Of a stretch of DNA of 64,000 nt, positions 10,689 through 20,793 are shown one piece after another. The notes beneath the pieces are model-generated. The model had not been told where the DNA came from, did no database searches, and saw nothing but the letters and a program-made list of their open reading frames with translations. Source of the DNA: Promethearchaeia archaeon (GTDB taxonomy: Archaea; Asgardarchaeota; Lokiarchaeia; Sigyniarchaeales; SOKP01); NCBI GenBank assembly GCA_046483985.1, contig JAWOCD010000090.1, positions 58,294 to 122,293 of the forward strand. The letters run 5' to 3'. Numbering within the stretch: the stretch's first letter is position 1; each line of letters starts with the position of its first letter. The position numbers and the translations under genes were made by a program.

Positions 10689-11648
10689 ATGAATTCAAGT
10701 AAAAGTAATGGTAAAGATAAGGATGAGAAAAACTCGTTTCAAAATATAGAGCATGAAGAAAAGAATGACGGAAAAACCTCCACAGAAACAATCAGTGAAA
10801 CGCAAGAAAACCAAACAAAGGAAATACAACAAAAACATAAGAAGTTGAAAGAAGAAGGAATCTCAGAGCAAAAAAAGGCAGCGAAACCATCCGAAGAAGA
10901 GGAGGAGAAAGAAGAGGATGAAGAGGAGGAGAAAGAAGAAGAAGAGGAGAAAAAAAGCCGAGAAGAACTTTTATCAGAACTGAAGGAAAAAAACATAGAA
11001 GTCGATAAATTAAGGGATAAGGTTAAAAAATTAGAAGAGGAAAGCACTAAATGGAAGGAAAAATTTATGCATCTCCAAGCAGATTATGAAAATGCCCAAA
11101 AAAGATGGGAAAGAAGCAGAGGAGAACAAAAAAAGCAGCATATTGCAGCGGTTTTAAAGGATTTTTTACCCCTTTACGACTCGTTTGAAAAAGCTCAAGA
11201 AAACATCACCGAGGAAAATGAAGAAGAATATGAGCACGTGATGCAATTCTTCAAGCAATACCTTAATATACTCAAGTCTTACGGCGCTAAACCTATGAAA
11301 GTTCAAAAGAATGATAAATTTGATTATAATTTTCACGAGGCACTCACAACTATAGAAAACCCTGATCTTCCCCGAAATACTATTGTTGATGTCATACAAG
11401 ATGGATGGATTTGGAAAGATAAAGTTCTTCGCTATGCAAAAGTGGTTATTTCAACCAAGCCGAAACCGAAACCAAAACCGCCAGAGGAAAAAGAGGAGGA
11501 AGAAGGGAAAGATAAGGAGGAAGGGGAAGAGAAGGAAGATAAGGAAGAAGGGAAAGAGGAGAAAAAACAAAAGACGGACAATAAAACAGCTGACGAGACT
11601 CATGAGGAGAATGTTAAGTTGGAAGAAAACAGAGAATCAAAAGATTAA
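10689..11648 (+). CDS. grpE: Nucleotide exchange factor GrpE with long charged N- and C-terminal tails
   Basis: HLQADYENAQKR, FLPLYDSFEKA, FDYNFHEAL, VIQDGW...VLRYAKVVIS; transcribed divergently from dnaK. Confidence 0.93.
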   Translation: MNSSKSNGKDKDEKNSFQNIEHEEKNDGKTSTETISETQENQTKEIQQKHKKLKEEGISEQKKAAKPSEEEEEKEEDEEEEKEEEEEKKSREELLSELKEKNIEVDKLRDKVKKLEEESTKWKEKFMHLQADYENAQKRWERSRGEQKKQHIAAVLKDFLPLYDSFEKAQENITEENEEEYEHVMQFFKQYLNILKSYGAKPMKVQKNDKFDYNFHEALTTIENPDLPRNTIVDVIQDGWIWKDKVLRYAKVVISTKPKPKPKPPEEKEEEEGKDKEEGEEKEDKEEGKEEKKQKTDNKTADETHEENVKLEENRESKD

Positions 11649-11844
11649 ACCCTTTCAATGTAAATAAATTTTTAACCTATAGCGAAAGAGGTTCAACGAA
11701 ACTTATCCGAGACCGTGGTCACAAGATGGATCTTCAATTAATTTTAAAAGTAAACCATAAAAATTATGTTACAGAATAAATACTATATAAGTAAGGAAAT
11801 TATATTTTCAAAACATAATACAAGATATAGGAGGCCAAATATAT

Positions 11845-12120
11845 TTGAGTGAAGAACCACAATTACCCCCCATACCTGACATAGGAAAAGTATTAGATCG
11901 GAAAGATCGCTTCATAAATAAAGTATATTCTGTGATTAAATGTGCTGCTTGCCAAGATACATTTACCCGAGATTTCAAAGAAGGGGACTATACATTTAAA
12001 AGACTCAAGGATGAAGAATGTAATTCTTGTAATTCTTCGGAGTCTTTACAAATCATTGAGATATATTCAAAATGGATTGACCCGAAAAAGCAAAAGAACG
12101 AAAAAGAAACAGAAGAATGA
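11845..12120 (+). CDS. Small zinc-ribbon protein
   Basis: CAAC...RDFKEGDY...CNSC; GGAGG SD-like sequence upstream of the TTG start. Confidence 0.75.
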   Translation: MSEEPQLPPIPDIGKVLDRKDRFINKVYSVIKCAACQDTFTRDFKEGDYTFKRLKDEECNSCNSSESLQIIEIYSKWIDPKKQKNEKETEE

Positions 12121-12566
12121 TTTCTCAAGAATTAGAAAATTTGATTGATCAAGCGGTATCAAGAGATTTTATTATCCATCCCATTACCGAGAAGGACAAG
12201 AAAAACGACTCCTATAAAGCGATTTCCTTTACTCTCTCTTTTAATAATATAAATATTGAATATGCCAGAAAGGTGGAAAGTGAAAAATATCCCGTCATCC
12301 CCCGATACCAGTATTTATTTGGGTTTTATCCTAAAGACGGGCTATGCCTTTACGTGAATAAAAAAGAACATAAAAAGGTTCTCTGCGATGGTCCATTAGA
12401 GAAAATTAGTAACTCATGTTCCTTAATTAATTCGTTAATTTATTTATTAGTTCCCTTAGATAGTTTTAAGGTCTATTCCTATCTTCCCGCTTGTTGCGAA
12501 ATAAATTGTCCGAACAGTCCCAAACAATTCAATTTACGCCTTGATTTATTTGATGGGGAAAATTAA
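12117..12566 (+). CDS. Hypothetical Cys-containing protein
   Basis: 149-aa ORF overlapping the upstream stop (ATGA coupling); ACCEINCPN motif. Confidence 0.6.
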   Translation: MISQELENLIDQAVSRDFIIHPITEKDKKNDSYKAISFTLSFNNINIEYARKVESEKYPVIPRYQYLFGFYPKDGLCLYVNKKEHKKVLCDGPLEKISNSCSLINSLIYLLVPLDSFKVYSYLPACCEINCPNSPKQFNLRLDLFDGEN

Positions 12567-12567
12567 T

Positions 12568-13344
12568 CTAACTCGTTTTTTTATAAAAATTAATAACCCC
12601 GTGACAATTACAGGAAGTTGCAATGAGTAATTTAAAGTTCTTTTGTTTCATCCATCTAAAATTTTGTTCCAATTTGGTCAGAATGGACTGGACAACAGAC
12701 CCTGGAATACCCCCTAAGCCTCCCCTTAATTGTGTACTTTCTACTATAATCTTAATCTCTCTTTTCTGTTTTTGCAGATCAAAGCCCTTTTGAGCATTAA
12801 AAAACTTCAATAAATAATTCGTAATCGTGTTTGGTTTTTCCCTTTTTAAATGGGGACAATAATCGGGAGGTGCACTACAATTATCGGGACATACTTCATC
12901 TTTTTTTGCATAAGAAAGATATACCACACCTTTCGAATCCACAGAGTCTAAAAGAATGTCGGGTTTAATGTCTTGAATAATTTGAGTAACTCGTTTGCCA
13001 TCGGAATTAACATCTATGGACTCTCGGGCGAGATAATCAAGAATTAACTCCGCCAAAAAATGAACTGGGGCAACTGGAATAATGTATTCGGGATTAAGTG
13101 AATTTAAAATAGCCATATTTTCGGTCACATTCCCTTGAAAAAAAAGAATTTTTCCTTTTTCCAGTTTAGGGATATTTTGCTCCAAGCCGTGAATATCTTT
13201 TATAATTAACTCGGCAAATTGTACAGCATAACAGTTCGGATCTTTGTCAATGATGATAATATTGTAATTTTCTTGTTTGGCAAATTGTACGGCTTTCTTA
13301 CCAAACTTTCCCCCGCCGACAATAAATATTGTGTTTTGAACCAA
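12568..13344 (-). CDS. NAD-binding (TrkA-N-like Rossmann) protein with a Cys-rich C-terminal part
   Basis: IVGGGKFG...IIIDKD; CPDNC, YCPH, SCNCHGV. Confidence 0.7.
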   Translation of the reverse strand: MVQNTIFIVGGGKFGKKAVQFAKQENYNIIIIDKDPNCYAVQFAELIIKDIHGLEQNIPKLEKGKILFFQGNVTENMAILNSLNPEYIIPVAPVHFLAELILDYLARESIDVNSDGKRVTQIIQDIKPDILLDSVDSKGVVYLSYAKKDEVCPDNCSAPPDYCPHLKREKPNTITNYLLKFFNAQKGFDLQKQKREIKIIVESTQLRGGLGGIPGSVVQSILTKLEQNFRWMKQKNFKLLIATSCNCHGVINFYKKTS

Positions 13345-13416
13345 AAAAATCCCGTCTATTACTTTTAAGTTTCTTAACTTATTTTTAGTAATTAATAAGA
13401 GTGTAAAATAATATTT

Positions 13417-14409
13417 TTATATCTCCTTAAACTTTTTCAATAGAGAATCCGCCATTTGATAAGGGTCTAACTCTCTGTCTCCAACTTTTTCCACTAACTC
13501 GTTGACTTCCTTATCAGTTTCCATAAGATTTTCAATTTTTTTTTCAATTTTAAATTTTAAAATCTGGAGAATTTCGTTTTTAATTTTGTCTTTAAGAAGA
13601 ATCTCGTTGAATCCCGATTCTTCTAAAAATTTCTGGTGTTTATCCAAGATCTCCAGAAGATCATCAAAATTTTCACCAGTAAGTGAATTTACTTGAAGTA
13701 TTTTTGGAGCCCATAATTCCCTTTTTTCATATTCTTGCATTAACTCATCGTTTTGATATTTAAACGTTTCATTTAATTCTAACATTTGCCGGATTTCGGC
13801 TTCCTTTTTATCGGCTCCTGGTATATCCATTTTATTAACTATGAAGATATCGGTTATTTCCATTAGACCGGCTTTGATTGCTTGAATGTCGTCTCCCAAT
13901 CCAGGGACGACTAATACCAGAACTGTTTGGGCTGATTTAAAGATATCCACCTCTGATTGTCCCACGCCTACGGTTTCTACGATAATTACATCACATCCGT
14001 ACACATCTAAGATTTTTATTGCGTCATCGGTCGCCCGAGCTAATCCACCGAGTTGCCCCCGATTGGCCATACTACGTATAAACACGTTTTTCAAGGAAAA
14101 GTTTTCTTTCATTCTTATTCTATCTCCCAACAAAGCGCCACCAGTTAAGGGAGAAGTTGGATCAACACAAATAATACCCACGTTCTTTCCTTGTTTGATA
14201 AAGATCTTTGTAAGGTTTGAAATAAAAGTGGACTTTCCACTCCCGGGAGCCCCAGTAATTCCCAAGATATATGCATTTCCGGTTTTATCGTAAATGGAAT
14301 TAATGATCTTTTCCGCTGCTTGAATATCGTTCTCAACGAGAGTAATTAATCGTGCAGCGGCCCGAGTATCATGATCGGTAAGCCGTTGAATTAAGTCTTG
14401 ATAAACCAT
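13417..14409 (-). CDS. meaB: Acyl-CoA mutase-associated GTPase MeaB/ArgK
   Basis: GITGAPGSGKST, VDPTSPLTGGALLGDRIRM, VETVGVGQSE, NKMD. Confidence 0.96.
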   Translation of the reverse strand: MVYQDLIQRLTDHDTRAAARLITLVENDIQAAEKIINSIYDKTGNAYILGITGAPGSGKSTFISNLTKIFIKQGKNVGIICVDPTSPLTGGALLGDRIRMKENFSLKNVFIRSMANRGQLGGLARATDDAIKILDVYGCDVIIVETVGVGQSEVDIFKSAQTVLVLVVPGLGDDIQAIKAGLMEITDIFIVNKMDIPGADKKEAEIRQMLELNETFKYQNDELMQEYEKRELWAPKILQVNSLTGENFDDLLEILDKHQKFLEESGFNEILLKDKIKNEILQILKFKIEKKIENLMETDKEVNELVEKVGDRELDPYQMADSLLKKFKEI

Positions 14410-14420
14410 CAGAACCCAAT

Positions 14421-14822
14421 TTATCTTTTTAAATTATTTTTTACAAACTCAACAATCTCTTTCAATTCCGTGCCAGGACCATGAAATCCTTTCAATCCGC
14501 ATTCTTTGAGATAGGGGATATCTTCATCCGGGATGATCCCTCCCACGCTCACAAGCACATCATTGATATTATGTTCTTCTAATTTTTCCATGAGGGCAGG
14601 ACATAAAGCATTATGCGCTCCGCTTAGAATACTGAGTAATACGGCATCGGGATCCTCTTGAATAATGGTATTTAAAATATCATCGGGCGTCTGATGCAGC
14701 CCGGTATAAATTACTTCCATCCCAGCGTCTCTTAACGCTCTTGCAATTACTTTTGCCCCCCGGTCATGACCGTCTAAGCCAGGTTTACAAACGAGCACTT
14801 TTATCTTTCTATCGTTTGACAA
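14421..14822 (-). CDS. Acyl-CoA mutase small (B12-binding) subunit
   Basis: KPGLDGHDRG (DxHxxG), SILSGAH, VGGIIP. Confidence 0.96.
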   Translation of the reverse strand: MSNDRKIKVLVCKPGLDGHDRGAKVIARALRDAGMEVIYTGLHQTPDDILNTIIQEDPDAVLLSILSGAHNALCPALMEKLEEHNINDVLVSVGGIIPDEDIPYLKECGLKGFHGPGTELKEIVEFVKNNLKR

Positions 14823-14835
14823 TTACTCTCCTCTC

Positions 14836-16467
14836 CTAAAAAATAGAATCTTCTTTATATGTTCCAAACACTTCTTTAAGCACACCTACAATTTCTCCCA
14901 CTGAAGCATATTCTTTAACACAATCTATGATATAAGGCATTAGATTTTCAGTGCCCTCAGCGGCCCGTTTCAGCTCGAGCAACGCTTCTTTTGTTGCCCC
15001 TTCATTTCGTTCCTTTTTCACTGACTTGAGCTTTGCTTTTTGCTCTTCTGCAACTTTTTCATCTACCTTTAAAATTTCGGTGGATTCCTGCTTCTTCGAT
15101 TTATATTTATTTACTCCAACGATAATCCTCTCGTTATTCTCAACTTCTTTCTGATATTTATAGGAGGCATTAGCAATTTCTTTCTGGAAGAAATTCTTTT
15201 TTATTGCTGGAATTACCCCTCCCAGTTCTTCAATTCTGTCAAAATATGCATTTGCCTCTTCTTCCATTTTATTTGTTAACCATTCGACATAATACGAGCC
15301 CGCTAAAGGATCGACAGTGTCTGTAACGCCCGATTCATGGGCGATAATTTGTTGGGTTCTTAAGGAGATGCGAACCGCTTTTTCTGTTGGTAGACATAAT
15401 GCCTCATCAAACGAATTGGTATGCAATGATTGCGTTCCTCCCAATACCGAGGCGAGGGCTTGGAGAGTAACCCGTACTATGTTATTTTCTGGTTCTTGGG
15501 CAGTAAGTGAAACGCCCGCAGTTTGTGTATGAAATCTAAGTCGCATTGATGTGGGTTTTTCTGCACCTAATTCTTTCATTTTCTTTGCCCATATTCGCCG
15601 TGCAGCCCGATATTTACAAATCTCCTCGAAAAAGTTATTATGGGCATTAAAGAAAAAGGAAAGTCGATGGGCAAAATCATCAATATCTAATCCTCTTTCC
15701 ATCGCCCATTTTACATATTCAAAACCATCTGCTAAGGTAAATGCTAATTCTTGCACCGCAGTAGATCCAGCCTCTCGTATATGATATCCACTAATACTAA
15801 TGGTATACCATTGCGGAACATGCTTGGTACAATATTCTATTGTATCAACAATTAATCGCATTGAAGGTTCTGGAGGGAAGATCCATGACTTTTGGGCAAT
15901 ATATTCCTTTAAAATGTCATTTTGAATCGTCCCACGTAATTCTTCTGATGGAACTCCTTGTTTTTCTCCCACCACGATATACATTGCTAATAAAATAGAG
16001 GCAGGTGCATTAATTGTCATGGAAGTAGAAATTTTAGATAAATCAATTCCGTCAAACAAGATTTCCATATCTTTTAACGTATCTATCGCCACACCTTCCT
16101 TTCCTACTTCTCCGAGTGCCATTGGATCAGTTGATTCATATCCGTATATGGTCGGTAGGTGAAAGGCAACGGAAAGACCAGTTTGGCCATGCTCTATTAG
16201 ATATTTAAATCGTTTATTCGTCTGTTCTGCAGTTCCGAATCCGGCAAATTGCCGCATTGTCCATAATCTTCCACGATACATATTTTTATATGCGCCGCGT
16301 GTAAAGGGATATTTCCCTGGTTCGCCTAAATCTGCCGCATAGTTTACGTCTTCAATATCTTCGGGTTTATATAATCTTTTTATATCAATATTTGAAAGAT
16401 TTTTAAAATGATCTTTCCGTTTTTTTGGTAACGGCTTTCCCTTATCTTTTTTGCTACTTTCAGTCAT
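14836..16467 (-). CDS. Acyl-CoA mutase large subunit (methylmalonyl-CoA mutase family, isobutyryl-CoA-mutase-type residues)
   Basis: YPFTRG, WTMRQFAGFG, GTIQNDILKEYIAQ, SISGYHIREAG, QSLHTNSFDEA. Confidence 0.93.
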   Translation of the reverse strand: MTESSKKDKGKPLPKKRKDHFKNLSNIDIKRLYKPEDIEDVNYAADLGEPGKYPFTRGAYKNMYRGRLWTMRQFAGFGTAEQTNKRFKYLIEHGQTGLSVAFHLPTIYGYESTDPMALGEVGKEGVAIDTLKDMEILFDGIDLSKISTSMTINAPASILLAMYIVVGEKQGVPSEELRGTIQNDILKEYIAQKSWIFPPEPSMRLIVDTIEYCTKHVPQWYTISISGYHIREAGSTAVQELAFTLADGFEYVKWAMERGLDIDDFAHRLSFFFNAHNNFFEEICKYRAARRIWAKKMKELGAEKPTSMRLRFHTQTAGVSLTAQEPENNIVRVTLQALASVLGGTQSLHTNSFDEALCLPTEKAVRISLRTQQIIAHESGVTDTVDPLAGSYYVEWLTNKMEEEANAYFDRIEELGGVIPAIKKNFFQKEIANASYKYQKEVENNERIIVGVNKYKSKKQESTEILKVDEKVAEEQKAKLKSVKKERNEGATKEALLELKRAAEGTENLMPYIIDCVKEYASVGEIVGVLKEVFGTYKEDSIF

Positions 16468-16596
16468 AATAATTCAGTATAAAAATATTATCTTATCATA
16501 TGTGCTTAAATTTGATAAGTAATTACAATTACTTATAATTTTAGAAAACTTAAAATTTTGAATATTAAATTCTTAGGCTTAGAATTTACTAATGTG

Positions 16597-17157
16597 TTAA
16601 AATTCGATCCCCGGTCTCGCTTTAAACCCATCGTAGTATGGATGCCGAACTAGTTCAAAATGAGTAACGTAATCGGCAATGTCGCATAAATTTTTATTGT
16701 ACGTCGTCCCCGTTAATATGACTTCCACATGATCTGGTTTGGCTTGGACAATTTTAATAATTTCTTTTGTATTTACCAAATCAAACCGGATTGCTTCGCC
16801 TATCTCATCTAAAACTACTAAATCATAATCTCCTGAGGAAATCACGGATTTAGCGTATTCCACACCTCTCTGGGCTTTTCGTACTACTTTTTGTGGAGGT
16901 TTTTCGTCCGGATAGATAAATTCGTAGCTTCCAAATTGCTTTATCGGGATTAGGTCTTTTAAGAAATGAACCTCCCCGATAAAATAGCCTTGGTGTTTTT
17001 TCTCTTCGTCATGAAGCTTGAGAAATTGAATTAATACCGGCTTAAATCCGTGTCCTAAAGCTCGAATGATTGTGCCCATGGATGTTGATGTTTTCCCCCT
17101 TCCTTCCCCGTAATAATAATGCACTAACCCATATTCTAAATGTGGATGATTCGTCAA
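16597..17157 (-). CDS. btuR: Cob(I)alamin adenosyltransferase (CobA/BtuR/CobO type)
   Basis: YYGEGRGKTSTSMG, RALGHG, IQFLK, VVLDEI, EVILTG, HPY...ARPGIEF. Confidence 0.92.
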   Translation of the reverse strand: MTNHPHLEYGLVHYYYGEGRGKTSTSMGTIIRALGHGFKPVLIQFLKLHDEEKKHQGYFIGEVHFLKDLIPIKQFGSYEFIYPDEKPPQKVVRKAQRGVEYAKSVISSGDYDLVVLDEIGEAIRFDLVNTKEIIKIVQAKPDHVEVILTGTTYNKNLCDIADYVTHFELVRHPYYDGFKARPGIEF

Positions 17158-17422
17158 AAAGTGTCGACCACTCAGTTGTTTTGAAATGTTTTGAATAAGA
17201 ATTTAATAAATTATCATTGTTAATAAATAAAAGCAATAAAAATTTTTTATTTACATTTAATTTGGAGCAAAAGAAGTCCCTCTCCTTCTTAAGTTATCCA
17301 TCTTTAGCTGAAATTAAAAATTATCCTAAATTTTAATAAATTAAAGCTTAATACTATATATACATATAGGAAGTAAGATCCATTACAATAAACTGATACT
17401 TGTATAATTTTGAATGTGATAG

Positions 17423-17986
17423 ATGATGAATGTTGTCGATCGTTATAAAATGAAACTCACCGTGTTAGGAGATCCGAGTGTGGGAAAGACCTCACTGATT
17501 CATCATTTTTGTGAGGGTTATTTTAGAGATTCTTATCTTTCCACTATCGGAGTAGAATTTCTGACGAAAGAAGTTGATGTCTCGATAGATGGGGAAGAAA
17601 AGAATGCAATCCTGCAGATTTGGGATGTAGGCGGCCAAGACCTTTTCTCAAAACTGAGGTCGAGCTATTTAAAAGGAGCCCAAGGTGCGCTCATTCTATT
17701 CGATGTAACTAATAAATCTACCTTATTACACATCGATTCATGGATAGAGGAAGTGTTACGCTCTTTAGACTTAAGCTCTGTGACAGATCTTCCGTTTATT
17801 GTAATTGGAAACAAAATCGATTTGGATTTTGATCAGAGACTAAAAAAAAAAGCAGATAATTTTATGAAAAATCAGTTTGAATCACAAATACCCATCCATT
17901 ATACCAGCGCAAAAACTGGAACTGGGATGAATGAGGTATTTGAAAAAATTACAAAACTTATGATTAAAGAATTAGACGAGAGATGA
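17423..17986 (+). CDS. Rab-like small GTPase
   Basis: G1 GDPSVGKTS, G2 STIGVEF, G3 WDVGGQ, G4 NKID, G5 SAK; no C-terminal Cys. Confidence 0.95.
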   Translation: MMNVVDRYKMKLTVLGDPSVGKTSLIHHFCEGYFRDSYLSTIGVEFLTKEVDVSIDGEEKNAILQIWDVGGQDLFSKLRSSYLKGAQGALILFDVTNKSTLLHIDSWIEEVLRSLDLSSVTDLPFIVIGNKIDLDFDQRLKKKADNFMKNQFESQIPIHYTSAKTGTGMNEVFEKITKLMIKELDER

Positions 17987-17993
17987 AAATGAA

Positions 17994-19352
17994 ATGGGAA
18001 TGGAAGAATTTCAAGAAGAATTGGGAAAAGAAGAGATTTTAACTCAAAAAGCGAAGAAAAATAAGCTTTCTTCTGGGATTAGAGAGTTTGATGAAATGAT
18101 CGGAGGAGGGTTTACTGGAGCAAGTATAAATTTAATTCAAGAAAGTTTAGGATGCGGGGGTGAGATCCTCTGCTATTGTATTGCCCGTGCAAACTTAAAG
18201 CTATCAAATAAAGTCCTTATCATTTATTCCGATCCCCTCTCCGAGTATTTAGTTAAGAGGTTAAAAACATTTGACAGTCCCGTGCCAGAAGACCAAAAAG
18301 AACAAGACGCTTTCATTGGGAAAGGAAAGGAACATGGAAAAAATTTATATATTTTAAATTTAGTGGAATTAGCGGAAGCAGATATTTCATTAATGGAGGA
18401 TAAGCATGAATTACAGATCCAGATTTCTTCTGCGATTAGGGATATGTTGGCTAATATTCAAAAGGCAGGGGATGATTATTCTGAGAGATTTATCTTTTAC
18501 CTTTCCTTGAATCCATTTTTAATCAAATTAGGAGAATCTACATTAGATTTAATTTATAATAATCTCATTAATGCCAAAAAAGAAAATTATGTGCAAGTCG
18601 CCTTGTTACAAAAAGACTTGATTTCGCATGAGGTGATCGCCCGAATTCAGAGTTTATGTCATTTAATCTGCGATTTGTCTGCTTATGATATTGGAGGTTT
18701 AACGGACAATCGAATTAAAATCTTGAAACATGCTGGAACCGTCCACGATATTAAAGCTGAGCCATATGTATTAGAGTATAACCGTGAAATGGACAAGTAT
18801 AACTTCTTAATCCGAGGAGCTTTTCTTACTACCTTTGAAACCATGAGAAACTTACTGAAGTATCAACATGGAAACGTTTATCTTGCCAATATTCCGTATC
18901 TAATTGCACCGGTAAACTATTTTAATTCATTGTTGGATATGCCGCTCAATATAGAGATAGATGCTGGAAAGAGGGAGATTAGAGAAAAAAGCCAGGGAAT
19001 CGGACGAAAACTAACTTCCGGTACTGAAACCACCTATTATCTTGAAGGGTTAGAGTTATTGAAAGCGACCCTCCGAAGTCTTTCTTTGTTTGGATTTGGT
19101 AATTTTGAATTGAAGACATACGAAGAAAAAGAAGCATTATTAGAGATTTCAACAAGTTTCAACAAAGAATTTCATGAAAAATCCTACAAGTTATTTATAA
19201 AAGGTATGATCGAGGGTATCATACGCCGATCCATCAATAAAGATATACGCTCATTTCGCATCATTAAAATCAGTGGTGTAAATGCCGGTAATTATCCAAA
19301 TGAACATGAGTATAAACTCAGTATCCGATTAGAAGTTGCTGGCGAGAGCTAA
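17994..19352 (+). CDS. Degenerate KaiC/RecA-like ATPase domain fused to a C-terminal V4R/Bet3-like domain
   Basis: SSGIREFDEMIGGG start typical of KaiC/RadA; Walker A decayed (ESLGCGGE); RIKILKHAG; C-terminal GIGRKL, LSLFGFGNFEL, FIKGMIEGII pattern of V4R. Confidence 0.7.
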   Translation: MGMEEFQEELGKEEILTQKAKKNKLSSGIREFDEMIGGGFTGASINLIQESLGCGGEILCYCIARANLKLSNKVLIIYSDPLSEYLVKRLKTFDSPVPEDQKEQDAFIGKGKEHGKNLYILNLVELAEADISLMEDKHELQIQISSAIRDMLANIQKAGDDYSERFIFYLSLNPFLIKLGESTLDLIYNNLINAKKENYVQVALLQKDLISHEVIARIQSLCHLICDLSAYDIGGLTDNRIKILKHAGTVHDIKAEPYVLEYNREMDKYNFLIRGAFLTTFETMRNLLKYQHGNVYLANIPYLIAPVNYFNSLLDMPLNIEIDAGKREIREKSQGIGRKLTSGTETTYYLEGLELLKATLRSLSLFGFGNFELKTYEEKEALLEISTSFNKEFHEKSYKLFIKGMIEGIIRRSINKDIRSFRIIKISGVNAGNYPNEHEYKLSIRLEVAGES

Positions 19353-19368
19353 ATTTGGCTCACTTGTT

Positions 19369-20523
19369 CTATGGGTTAACTGCTTCGTACGCTTCACTTA
19401 TCGCTGAACATCCTCCGCATCTTACGCAGCCCGCCTTATGGATGAGGGGATTCACCCCATATTTTTTCATTAATTTTGCAGCAAGATTATAAATTTCTAA
19501 TAACATATTATGGCTTGTCTGGGGTAATTCTTTCTTAGAGTTTGGAATTGGTCTGACAGGGGTAATAAAGGGAACAACACCGATAGATACGAGTTCTTCC
19601 AATCGCTCCCGAAAATCCTTGGGAGACTCTCCAAATCCAGTGAGTATAAAGCTTTCCACTTGGCTTCTCCCGAAAACATCAACTGCATACTCCCAACTTT
19701 TTTTAAATTGTTTGTAGGGGATTTTCGCTTTTCCTGGTGTTATTACTTCCCGTACAACGTCATTTAAGATTTCAATATGGATGCCGATAGTATCGGCTCC
19801 CGCATCGTGCAACTTAGAATAGAGATTCATATCTTCTATGGGTTCAATCTGAATATGGAGGGGGATCTCTGGATGGTCGTTTTTTAACTGTTCCAAAATC
19901 CTTATATATCTATTGACGCCTTTATTTTTCTCGGCAGTTGTCCCGCTTGTCAAGGTCATATGAGCGCATCTTCCCTCTTTTTTGGCTTGTATTACCACCT
20001 CTGACAATTGTTCTGGGGTTTTGTCCAAAATGGTAGACCCATATTTTAAACTGAGTTCTACCCCACAAAATTTGCAAGCTTCACCGCATTTCCAATATTT
20101 ACACTTTTGAAATACCGTACTTGCAAGACAATCCACGCCATGAACTAAGGCAATTTTTTTCATTTCAACGCCGTCCGAGGTTTTATAACTTGGGTCATAA
20201 TATTCTGGTTCTGGGACTAACTTAAGTGTGCAAAAACTCTCCTTATCTGCAAGATCATATACCTCGAATTTATCATCTTTTTGGTGTTTTAGCTTTAGAC
20301 TGGTTTTTTGTCTGGTGTCCCACATTGCAACGTTTGCTAAAGTTTTACCATCTTCAAATAAAAAATATCTTCCCCCTAAAGGGCCGGCCCCCCCTTTTCG
20401 ACCGTATTTCAGATCGATGCCGTGTGCTTTATAGGTAGATTTCAAGTTCTTGTCTAAATAGATGCCTTGACATAGCAGTTGGGTCTTCTTTTGAAGAATC
20501 TTTTTTTTAAGAATTTCCGTCAT
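19369..20523 (-). CDS. Radical SAM protein (MSMEG_0568-like family)
   Basis: LASTVFQKCKYWKCGEACKFC, TLTSGT, HIQIEP, C-terminal KAGCVRCGGCS. Confidence 0.85.
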   Translation of the reverse strand: MTEILKKKILQKKTQLLCQGIYLDKNLKSTYKAHGIDLKYGRKGGAGPLGGRYFLFEDGKTLANVAMWDTRQKTSLKLKHQKDDKFEVYDLADKESFCTLKLVPEPEYYDPSYKTSDGVEMKKIALVHGVDCLASTVFQKCKYWKCGEACKFCGVELSLKYGSTILDKTPEQLSEVVIQAKKEGRCAHMTLTSGTTAEKNKGVNRYIRILEQLKNDHPEIPLHIQIEPIEDMNLYSKLHDAGADTIGIHIEILNDVVREVITPGKAKIPYKQFKKSWEYAVDVFGRSQVESFILTGFGESPKDFRERLEELVSIGVVPFITPVRPIPNSKKELPQTSHNMLLEIYNLAAKLMKKYGVNPLIHKAGCVRCGGCSAISEAYEAVNP

Positions 20524-20793
20524 TCTTTCTTTCCCGTATCTTTTATTTTATTCCTTTCCTTCACGTTACAAAACTTATGGAATTATTTAATGTTATTTAT
20601 TATGGTCCATATCTTAATTTTATTTAAATCATATATCAGCTAAAAAAGTGCCCTAAAATCCGACAAAACTAAGGTTTCTAAGGGCAAAATGATAAATTTT
20701 ATAATTTATATTTCGTTTTAAAATCTACCTTATAGGATTTTGTTAATTACATCCTTAATTATTTAAAATAAAATTTTAGAAGAAGTGTAAAAA

